Below are positions 12,701-23,800 of a stretch of 41,584 nucleotides of DNA, piece by piece. The notes beneath the pieces are model-generated. The model had not been told where the DNA came from. It worked only from the letters and a program-made list of their open reading frames with translations, and did no database searches. Made by a program: the position numbers and the translations under genes. The stretch comes from Choristocarpus tenellus KU-1152 (lineage: Eukaryota; Protista; Phaeophyceae). The DNA is taken from NCBI GenBank assembly GCA_964200185.2, contig CAXNAD020000030.1, positions 1 through 41,584 of the forward strand. Direction: 5' to 3'. How positions within the stretch are numbered: position 1 is the stretch's first letter; each line of letters opens with the position of its first letter.

Positions 12701-15700
12701 TACCGAAGCTGTCAGGCCATTTCTACAGTTACAAAAAAGAAGTCAGAGGATCGCAAATACCACCATAGCCCTAACCCTCAGTCTAACCCATAGAGTGCCT
12801 TTTTTCTCAAGCCATATGTGACTTACTCCTGTTCTGATTCATGATTCAATATGAGGGAGGAAGCATCTTACCTGCCAAACCATACTACACCTCTTGTTCA
12901 AAAGTTGAGTTTCCCCATCATCTCCACAGACACACATCGAAGAGGTATACACAGAACACTTCAAATTTCAATCAAACGTATACACAGAACACTTCAAACT
13001 TCAATCAAACACAACAAAACAAATACAGCATTTTTGACAGACTTTTGTTTGGAATTTACTACCAACAGCCCTACCATGTATACTGTGTATTATGTATACT
13101 GTGTACTATGTATACTGTATATTATGTATACTGTGTACTATGTATACTGTATATTATGTATACTGTGTATTATGTATACTGTGTGTCGTATACAAAAATA
13201 AAAAATAAAAAATTGTGAACAAGGGTGGAATATGGCAACCAACCATAGATATTACACACATCAAGTACTTGCTCCCCAACTTTGTCATGTCCACATATGA
13301 ACCTCCCAACTTTGGTGTAAGGACAATAGAGACAACGCCTTCCCCTTGAAAGGTACACAAATCACCTTTCAATAGAGACTTAGGGTTAACCCTAACCCTA
13401 ACCCTATACCCTTCTCATTCGACAATGCTTTCAAACAATCACCTTCTTGGAGAGGATGCCCCTGATGGCAAAGAACACGTTGGAGATCATAGCACACACG
13501 GAGGCGTATCCAGTGAGCTGAGACAGGTCCAGACCCTGCACTTACCAAAGCAAAACATATACACCCATCCCCATCCCCCCACACAATTACAGTTATAAAA
13601 AACACACATTTCATGGTGAGGGAGGGCAATGAGACCAGTCCTGCAACCAATACCCCTACTGCAAGTCACACCAACATTGTTGTCACTTAGCTATTTGTTG
13701 ACACTGACATGGAGGTACCAACACAAGATACGAAAGGCAAAGGCTGTCATCACGAGAAGGGGTAACATCTATGTCCTAACCCTAACCCCAACTCTAACAT
13801 CTATGTCCTATATGGGGTGTATCTCAAAATGTCATTTGCACAAGCAGCGAAAAGCACAACTTGAGTACCATTCCAATACCATTCCAATACCATGAACAGA
13901 GAGAAAATATAAAAAACAAGAAATGTACAAGACACAGGGACACACCAAAGAGAGCATGGGACACACGTACCTACTCGACCCTAACCCTAAACTCTTTATC
14001 CACTTCTGAACACAATGGTGAAATTGTAACTGACAAAAGAAACGCTACTATTCTTCTTTACACATCTCAGACCAAATCAACCACAACCCTAATGTATGAC
14101 GGAAGTTATGGATAACCCCTCGCTCACCTGCCCAGGCTTCATGGCAGCATATGCCACACCTCCCACAATGGGAAGGAGCCAGATGTTCACACTCATAGGC
14201 TGTTTGCAGGCAGAGACAGGGACCAAGAGGTATGGGGAGTTCAAGAGGAGGAGTGTGGTAGGAATCTATCATGCAGAAAAGGGTTAGGTGATTGAGGTCA
14301 ACGAGCTCAAAGACATGAGAGGTGTTTAATGTCCAACCAAAGATTACCAGGCATGGTCACATCAAAAAGGCAATCCCACATGCAGATGAATGTTATCCAA
14401 TCACATCACTTGCTTCACTGGGGAGGGCACAATTCATCTTTAAGTTGCTCAATGCCATAGACTAGGTCCACTACCACCCCTCCTCGATAAAAGAAAAGCC
14501 AAGTATATTCCATCTCTTATACAGAACATGTCTTTGGTCCAATGTCTTCTGTTGCCTCGCTCTCATCAAACATCTCATCGAATGCAACCTAATCTACGTC
14601 TCATCAAACATCTCATCACATGCAACCTAATCTACATCTACTGCCGGCATTTTTTTTTTTACCCCTTAAATGAACACATCACTTTATTTTATTTTTTATG
14701 GGCATAGCAAATATGTACAACAAAAAATTTCACAAACACTACCAACAGACCTTCCACGTGCCTCACCCCCTCCTCACTGCACACGCCTTCCAAGGAGTTG
14801 TCCCACCACTTGACATTTTTCAATACTCCAAAACAACACGTGATCAGTTGAGACCTCATCAAAAAAATGAATCAATAAAATAACACAGTGATACAAAGAA
14901 ACACAACTCGGTCTGACCTCTCACAACCTAACCAACCCTAACCCTTCCAAGCAAAGGAAGAAAAAAAATTATCACCTTGTCCCACCCCCTGCTCTAACAA
15001 CCGCATGAAAGGACATACCCCATCAAAATGCATGTCACGAAATGGTCCCAGGCAGGTCCAAGTCCACAAGGATAGGTTACAACTAGCCATAAAAGGACAA
15101 GTCAAGAACTAGTACCCGTGTATAGACTTATCCCCACCACATCCAAACAAGAATGACAACACAGCACATAGACCAGATATATACACACAAAAAAAGATTT
15201 ACTTGGCAATAAAACAAGCTACAAAAACTATTAAGAAATATCCACTGCTTGACATGCAAGAGGTAAAGAAGGTAAAATTTTGACAAGAACCGCAAGCACC
15301 AACGTATTCCCACCCTTACCTGCATTGACACTCCAAAGATGGGGCCGATGAGAGTGGATGCCACCGGTTCAGAGGCCTTGATGATGTGCGTAAAGGACAC
15401 TGCCCCAGCTCCCATAGACAGCACTGCCGCCAAATGACCACCAGCATGGAGAAGAGCGATTGGCAGCAACTGTCGCATACATGGGCAAGGACAGCAAGAG
15501 AGGAATATATCAATGAGAAGGTAAGTAGGAGGGCAGTAAATTTACTACAAGCAACGAGAAATGTCCTCTAACAAGATCTTTGTTGCTATGGAAGAGATTG
15601 ATACTTTGAGGGGAACGATGAGGGGGGAGGCAAGAGTCGACGACTAGATGTGGATTGCAACCACAACCATAACCCTAATCTTAGTTAATGCAGGTCGTGT

Positions 15701-16647
15701 ATGTTGCGAAACTTGGAACACTGACACAACCTTCCTTGCATACGTTCTGGTGGTCTCGAAATTTAATCAACCGCAACAAAAAAACACCAGTGGAGCGCAC
15801 TCAAAGAAAATCGAGGACTGTTTGTGGTTCCAATTACCTTCAGGGACTCCTGAATGGTCAGCTTAGGCTTGGCTTGGGTGCCAGTAAGCCAAAGGGGGAT
15901 CACATAGAAGAGACCAATCACCGTCTGGGATAAAGGACGGAGGGGAGAGAAAGGGCAAGGTAAGTTGAAGAGAAAAGACTACATCAAGGAAATGCCTGGT
16001 GACCTCTTCCAAGCGGCGTTACCAGTGCATTATTCAGTTTGCACAAGCACAGCCAAACACACCAGTACACTCGAAGTCCCGCCTGGCAACGTCGGCAACT
16101 TCAACTCAAGAGTGGCGTCAGTCAAACAACGCGCGTGATGGCCAAGGGTATCAAAATTCGCCGCAGATATCTACAACTGCACACAGGACATACTAGGAGA
16201 GAGGGTCAGAGTGATGAGGCCAAAGAGAACAGTGCAGCAAATCGGGTGATGGGTCGTAGTTAACTGCTTTCATTAGATCAGAACAATGGCAAGACTGGGA
16301 GTGATCTGAGGACTCTACAGACGCCACGTGTGCGAAGTGGTCCATATTGAACAACATCAATCAAGCTTTATCTAGTAGGACAACGGGTTCAAGTCAGCTG
16401 CGTACAATAAGATGCATGCTGTCGATGTTGCAGGAGTTGAAGCGTGAGGGAGGTAAGAGGGCGATGAGGTCACTGTCAGCATGCGCGCTTGCTCTAATAC
16501 GCCAACCTGAAGAAAGGAGACGGTGTACGGGAAGGCCCAAAGGCGGAGCACAATCTTGTTGCTGATATTGTAGTAAGCATTGAAAGCGTACCACATGACG
16601 AAGAGGATTACCATGCTGGAACTGGAGGATGCTGGCTTGTCCGCCAT
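9768..16647 (-). CDS. Triose-phosphate/phosphate translocator family (pPT/TPT, DMT superfamily), 322 aa, 9 coding exons
   Basis: Minus-strand exons 16647-16507, 15924-15838, 15469-15320, 14199-14128, 13535-13443, 12522-12355, 11011-10908, 10489-10429 and 9860-9768, GT-AG with frame preserved. TPT motifs: WYAFNAYYNISNK..L...FPYT, H..GH....SMGAGAVSFTHIIKASEP, AMISNVFFAIRGILSKK, YYLYNE.....L.PVSTAVGNTVKRVVI, GT.AYS.AK. Confidence 0.93.
13077..13184. repeat. Minisatellite, 16-bp unit (atgtatactgtgtatt), about 6-7 copies, in a TPT intron
   Basis: Direct reading of the tandem array. Confidence 0.9.
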
Positions 16648-17957
16648 GATGGGTCTCCTGTGCAGCGTTGAGAGAAGACGTGTCAACAGGAAATCGTATA
16701 GAGTCAAGAAGATTCTCTAAGAAAGCTGGCGAAAGCGGATTTCAAGACAGTGTTCTTTCCTCTACGCTTGGTCGGTCAAACTCGCTGAAAGTTGGAAGAT
16801 AGTCAACAGACTTTCAGGGAAGGTTCGTCCCGCCAACACAGGAATCGACAAATCCGGCCAATTTCAAAATGGGGAGAAGAAGAAGCTGTCACGAATCTCG
16901 TAGATGTAAGTACAACATCAATAACACGTGCTAACATAATATCGCTCACTTGTGGGGGGCGGAGACTTAAGGTTGGAGGCGTCTTTTACGCTGTTGTCCA
17001 ATTAAGACTTGCACAAACCCCGTCCTTACACCAACACCAACATTTCATCCTCAAATATTGATTATATTTATATTCTTTAGATTTTGGATTTTTCCATTTT
17101 TCATGTTGATTTTTTTTGTACCACTTTTTATTTCCTAAATTTATATCAATCACCTATACATGTATTATATGGGAAAGAGATCCAACACAATCATACCTTT
17201 CATTGAATGCATCAATCTTACACTCAAAAACAGACAAATGAAAGCCACCTTGAACATACATTGAACATGTTCGACCCCCTACCTAAAAGCACTATCCTTC
17301 CATTCATTGTCCTGTGGTTAGAAGTTAATAAGATGGTTAGAGATAGGGATGTTTCCCCACAATCAACTAGTAATTCATAAGGGTTTATGTGGGGGGATGC
17401 TTCATGATGGATAAGCACAGACCAAAGAACGCCAACGCCAACGCAACCTAGTCCTTCCAAAAACGTAAGGCTTCATTCAGAGGATCAATCAGAAGCCTTG
17501 TGAAATAGTTAAGTGTCATCGTGTGAAACCTACCCCCTAGAGAAATGGAAAACTCCGGTGGTAGGATCTGTAGGGAAAGAACTCTTGGAGGTTATAATGG
17601 AAAGGAGTCCGGGTGTCCCTATTACAGGTAGGTGTTGAGGTCGAGGTAATATTCACAAACCATTCAGGAGTCGAACCAATTGAGAGGCAGGCAGGTTTGG
17701 ACCATTTTGTATTCTAAGCGATCTTTCTTACCCTTGCAATACTCTATTCCAATGGTTAGTGTGCACAGCAGTGTACGAAAAAATGACATCACGATTCACG
17801 ATACACTATAACTACTGGTGCAGTAGACAATAAAATGGAGACCCAGTCATGGACATAGCAGTGCATTGTTTTGTAGTCAGAACTTTCTGTTTGTGTACTT
17901 GATATATATCATCATATTATACCTGATGTACTGACTGATAATGGCCCCTAATGATTA

Positions 17958-18445
17958 GTGTTCTTTTCTTGTGTTTTACGCTATGTGAGAGATAGTGATG
18001 TTTGTACTGTGATAGCCCCTCACGTTGATGACCTTTTGGTGGCTGGTATAAATAATGTTTTGATGTGGGTAGCTGGTATAAATGATGTTTTGATTTGGGT
18101 AGCTGTTGTGACAAGGCTAGACGTTGCAAATGCAATTCGTGAAGTTGCCAAGTGTAGCAGTAACCCCAAAGTCATACATTGGCGTGCAGTTAAGTGTATT
18201 TTAGCATATTTGAATACGTGTCCCAGTGTTGGACTGAGGTTTAGTGGTTTTGATACGGAGTGTGAGTTGAGTCCATATGGTGTTGCTAGTTGTGCTGGGG
18301 ACTGTAATGATCGTAGATCGGTGACTGGAGGAGCAATAATGTCTGCAGAAGAAGCAATATCTTGAATGCCAAAGGTGCAAAAGGTTGTAGCTCTGCCTTC
18401 CACGAAAAGAAAGTATATAGCCCTTAGCAGTGTGGCACAAAGCAG
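17958..18445 (+). mobile_element. Degenerate Ty1/Copia LTR-retrotransposon pol fragment (RT and RNase H)
   Basis: The translation shows HVDDLLVAG (Copia RT YVDD motif), TRLDVANAIREVAK..SNP...HWRAVKCILAYL, GD.NDRRSVTG, and AIS*..KVQKVVAL.ST...YIALS. TGA replaces the conserved Trp at 18363, and there is an internal deletion plus a 30-bp duplication. No LTRs were recognised. Confidence 0.88.
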
Positions 18446-18629
18446 TAACGTACATAGCAGTATGTTGGGTCAGTCTTTGGTCATATCAGAGATAATTGAT
18501 GGCTACGACAAAGGCCCAGTGGATAATTATGTATGCTTACCATGTAACTCAACCTCCAGCTTTAGGCGACAAGCCTTACACGCGCTAAGCACTTCCACAA
18601 AGCGATTTTATTCATTTAACAGTACTTGA

Positions 18630-19035
18630 GGATCCCAGGTATCACACAGTTTGAAGCGCCATTTGAACACCCAGGAAATATAATGGCATGGTAAGGTACG
18701 AAATGTTCCTGCCTATAGTCTGTATGTTCACACATAGAAGGTATTTCAACTTTCTATGGGTGGGGCAGTCCTTTGTTAGTTGGAAGGGACTGGGCAGGGA
18801 CATACAGGGACTGTGTAGTCACAGAGATATGTTTGATGACCCAATGGAGCTGGACTTTGTGAACTACAGTCATTCAAGGGTCCTATCAATACCCGTCCCG
18901 TTTCCTACGAGGAATCTGGCGATCACCAACTCAGACAACGTCGTTCATCTTATGAAAGAAGTTCTTCATACCAACTGCCCAAAACAACGTATCACTCTGG
19001 AGGTTTTAGCTGGTCAGCAACTCGCCATATCATAA
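18630..19035 (+). pseudogene. Possible decayed protein-kinase C-lobe fragment
   Basis: GMVRYEMF resembles kinase subdomain IX (G.vlyEm) and HLMKEVLHTNCPKQRITLEVLA resembles subdomain XI (li..ml..dP..Rit..e.l). The region is frameshifted and no catalytic motifs were seen. Confidence 0.25.
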
Positions 19036-20861
19036 TATGGTCCTTTGTATTGTTCTTTGTAATGGTACTGACTACTGTGTTGTGTTGGTAGGAGGCACCC
19101 TGTTGTACACCTATACTTCCCAACACACCCAAGGGATGAACCTATGGTACAGTGAATTGGTTGGATCATTTCAATTCCTCACAATGCCATAGCAATTGCA
19201 CTCTTTACCTACAGCAAGAATACTCCATTGACCTTCAGAATATTGTTGTTTTAGAAAAAACGAAATCAAACCATATCCTCTTGTTTTGCATGGTGACCAA
19301 CAAAAACAAAGCAACAACAGGACAAAAAACTGGATTGGATGAGTGCTGAAGGTGCCAAACAGGGTCTTTTCCTACGCAACAATACCTTGTGTTTCGTGTA
19401 GGAAAAGATTATCTAAGTGCAGGATGATGGTGGTTGTTTGATGTGCAATGGTGAAAATGGAATGATATCTTGCTATAATACAGAGCACCACAAACAGGGT
19501 AGTTAAGACCATCCCCTCATTGCAAGAAGCACATGTTTCATAGTCCGAGCTCAAGGACATACTATTGTGCAGATGGGATGCAACCACAAATATTGGTGCT
19601 GTCCGGATAGTTGGGAACACGTTTTTTTTCTATCACAGATTGTATTTAGCTTAGCTACTTAGCCTTCACATCGTCATTGAAAATGGAAGCCAATTCAGGA
19701 CCCAAATGATCTGCACTAGGAATCTGAACCTATATAGGGGATCGACTGCATTGTGACAACCTCTTGAATACGTACACTGCCCTGTAGAAAACAGACTACA
19801 GAGCAAACTTCCCAACTGGAGCGCTTCTTTTTTGTTGAACGTTTGTGTAGAAGTTAGCTAGAAAAATAATCACCACCCTAACCCTTGCATCTCAAGCGTG
19901 GGGCACATCAATGGAACAAAAAGAGAACCAAGCCCTGCCTGAGCAGAACGTCACCATCCACAACAAAGAGAATTTTGAAAACTGAAATCGGGGGGTTCCG
20001 ATCTCGGACCAATGACTCTTTCTGAGATATGTTCAGAAGAAGATTCAGGGGTAGGAGGCGTGGTGCATTAAGTTAATTCCTAGGGTTAGGGTTAATTCCT
20101 ACACAACAGCAATGGAGCAGTCACTCTTTTGTTCTTCAGTCTTTCAGTTAAACTTATGCATTCTCCCCCTTGCTTTCGTTGTTTGGGTCAACCACGCCTT
20201 CTGTACCTATACATACCAAGGCCAAACAATCAGCCTTAGTAGGTAATATACAAAGCCTACCAGAACAATAAGGAAATCCAAAACACACAGCCTTTGAGGC
20301 TGAGGGCAGCTAACCCTAAACCGAAGCTCTCATTTCCCCCCCCCATCTTTACCATTAACATCATATCTAGTCAATGTAAAAAGGTCTAAATAAGGTTTGA
20401 TGCAGAACCTTGTTCCATCTCTGTGTACGGTCATGGAAATAGAGAAGTCTAACCCTAACCCTAACCCTAACCGCGTACTGTTTCTTAGGGTTAGGGTTTT
20501 TCTCTCTTTTTCTCTGTAACCTTGGTAGAATCAAAGAAAAATGCTCTAGGTTTAGGTTTAGGGTTAGCTCTTTGTGTGAACCAGTACCATCCTCTTTCTC
20601 ATCGATATCCCAATACAGAGAGCTATAGTGCAGATAACCCTAACCTTAGTTTGAAAAAAAGAACTAAGATATACATATACCCATCAAAACCGTCACGTTC
20701 AACAACCCAGCATCCATCAAGTCTACTTTATCACAATCAGCAATCATCTATCACAGAGCAAGCATAGAAGTGCTCTCAAATCCAACCACATTGGCCAATA
20801 TCCTCTTAGATGAGACAACCTCCCTCCTCTACCATGCCAACATCGCTCTTCTCAGCAGTTG

Positions 20862-23800
20862 TCAGCAGTTGTCCACATTGGTGTACACAAAAAAGAAGAT
20901 GCCCAAGGCTGCAAAGTTGTTATCAACTGCCTTTAGGTTTATCTTCTGCTTGCGGTACCATTGACACAAAGCTCCCGGATCACCATCAAGTTCCTGCATC
21001 CATCCCAACTGGACCATGCACATCAATCACAAGAAACCAAAATCAGTAACAAGAAACAAAATTAGTAACAAGAAACAAAATTAGTAACAAGAAACAAAAT
21101 TAGTACCAAGAAACAAAATTAGTACCAAGAAACAAAATTAGTACCAAGAAACAAAATTAGTAACAAGAAACAAAATTAGTAACAAGAAACAAAATTAGTA
21201 CCAAGAAACAAAATTAGTACCAAGAAACAAAATCAGTACCAAGAAACAAAATCAGTAACAAGAAACAAAATTAGTAACAAGAAACAAAATTAGTAACAAG
21301 AAACAAAATTAGTAACAAGAAACAAATTAGTAACAAGAAACAAAATTAGTAATTAGTAACCCTAACCCTAACCCTCAGACAGTCAACCCCGTATCACCAC
21401 AAGATCGGTTATTATGTCCACGCATATATGCAGTCAGGCGAGCAGTCAGGGGAAAAAATTTCTCCGAGAAGGGGTTGTAAGAGGGTTAGAGTTAGGGTTA
21501 GTCAAACAATGCTCACGCAGTCTCCTTTTTTTCATTAGGAATTAGGGTTAGGGTTAGTTGCTGCTGCCCGATTGTAAGCGATTCTACTGTCAATGCAACA
21601 TAGGGTTAGGGCTTAGCTGAAGTCCAACCTCTTCCGTCAAATGCACACATTGCAGACAGTAGTGTGAAGGGTGAAATGATCCTTGTAATCGCTTGTACTC
21701 AGAAAAAAGAAATAGAAAGAGCAGACCCCTCGGATCTAGTCAACACCTGGGCAACAATAATTATACCGTAGTAAAAGGTTCCATTTACTTTACCGTAGTG
21801 TCTCCACATGTTGTGTAGACAAGGTATCATAGTAGACAAGGTCTGATTTAAAAATTGCAATTTATCATATTGCGGAAGAGGACTTGAACCCACGAGTACT
21901 TGAAATAATTGCCTCTAAACACTATTGCAGAGTGAATCGAAACATTTTTAGTCTCTTGAGGTGCAGCTTTAGGGAAGGAATGGAACACTATTAAAAAAAA
22001 AAAAAACTGTTTTTTTTTACGTGCAGAATTAGGGAACCTCAAACAAGAGTCATAATCCCGCTGGTGCTGGGTAGGTATGGTTGTCTTTGGGTAGACGTGT
22101 GATTCAAGGGACTCTTATTGCACACATGCTTTAGACAAAAACCAATCACTTGACCGCCACATGTTCTCACAATGAAAATCTACAATGACAAAACAGAGTC
22201 ATTTTGCAGACACCTGCAAACACTTCCTGAGTTCAAACCCCCCTTCAACGCCAGGTCTCCTTAATGGAGACATTTTTGCAAGTATAGAAGGGTGTGCGAG
22301 TGTGTGTTTGTGTGTCTAATGACAGCTACAGGTACTCACCACTCCGGGTGCAGCAATACCTACAAATACCTTCATTCAACCTCTCACATTCAATAGTCTG
22401 TCATCATACATAAAATATTTTTATTTTACGAAACGATAGTACTATTTGTATGCTATCCACTACTGTTGCAAAAACCACTGTACCTCCGCCTAATTTCTGA
22501 CCTCCAATGCATGGAATGTTCATGAACATGCCAACAAAAGGCACACAACACCATTGCACGCTGCATATTTTACAAGCATGATAATATAAAATACCTTATT
22601 TAATGAAACTGTACTATTCTATATAAAATACCTATTTAATGAAACTGTACTATTCTATATAAAATACCTTATTTAATGAAACTGTACTATTCTATATAAA
22701 ATACCTATTTAATTAAACTGTACTATTCTATATAAAATACCTATTTAATGAAACTGTACTATTCTATATAAAATACCTTATTTAATGAAACTGTACTATC
22801 TATATAAAATACCTTATTTAATGAAACTGTACTATTCTATATAAAATACCTTATTTAATGAAACTGTACTATTCTATATAAAATACCTTATTTAATTAAA
22901 CTGTACTATTCTATGAAAACCTACGATATTTTGAAAATGTAGTACTCTAAATGTGAAGGAAACAGACACCCCTCCAAATATCTCTCACCTTCCCATCAAA
23001 GAGTGCTGAGAATTTTGTCCGGTCTATACGAGAGAGTGCAACCAAGGGGTTACCAAGGATCACAGCACGGTGCGCTGCTTCAACACACCTATCCGCCACC
23101 TCCGCCCCCTGCAGAATAGTGCAAGATAACCAGCAGTCCACTTTTTCAGGCAAAATAAGAGAACATCACTCCCAGAATGTTGGCAATGAGACACAAGTTT
23201 TTGATCACCTCGCAATGTGCTGTGGCACTTACTGCTACTGTTTGTACCACACTGGCTTGAATTGTTTTTTTTTTAAATTGCTGTTTTGGTTTTGATAGGA
23301 AGGCAAAATTATTATTCTGTACTCGAGTCTGAGGGGCCTCAAAAACCTAACCCTAATCCATGGTCACAGAGGTCATCAGAGGAGAAGCAGGAACACAATG
23401 TTTGGCAAATAAAAGTAGTCCAGAGTACTATACAAATAAAAATAATTAACAAAGTAAAAAAAAAACACAAAAGTACCTAAGAATGGTAGTCAAGAGCAAA
23501 ACCCAGGCACAGCGCATTAGCACCCTAACCCTAACCCTAACACTTCAGATAGGATGCTGATAACATCACACTACCATGTTCATCCAAAGAAGAGAGGAAC
23601 ACAAGGGTAATCAAACCTTTAAGGAGTTAGATCATTTGGAATGACACCCTTCACCACAAAAAAATAATTTTCTTTTAGTGACGACTTCTCCCTCCATATT
23701 TTGTCGTTAGGGTTAGGGTTGGACCTAGTCCTAACACTTACCTCACCCTTCACTGAAAAAGAGCAACAGAAGTGGTTTACTACACCCTATCTCACTAAAA

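Noticed and set aside
12841-13218. ORFs with repetitive peptides (also 36752-36994, 38044-38352, 40671-41029)
   Set aside because: Translations of intronic minisatellites and telomeric tracts.
21870-21900. tRNA gene (GGTTCAAGTCC T-loop/B-box on minus)
   Set aside because: No convincing cloverleaf or A-box; at most a decayed tRNA-derived SINE.
22340-22359. 20-nt micro-exon (ag|...|gtgagt on minus) in the methyltransferase
   Set aside because: It would shift the frame between two phase-0 exons. It could only be a poison exon, and there is no evidence for that.
21030-22915. 19-bp and 36-37-bp arrays as CRISPR
   Set aside because: The units are contiguous with no unique spacers, there are no cas genes, and they lie in eukaryotic introns.
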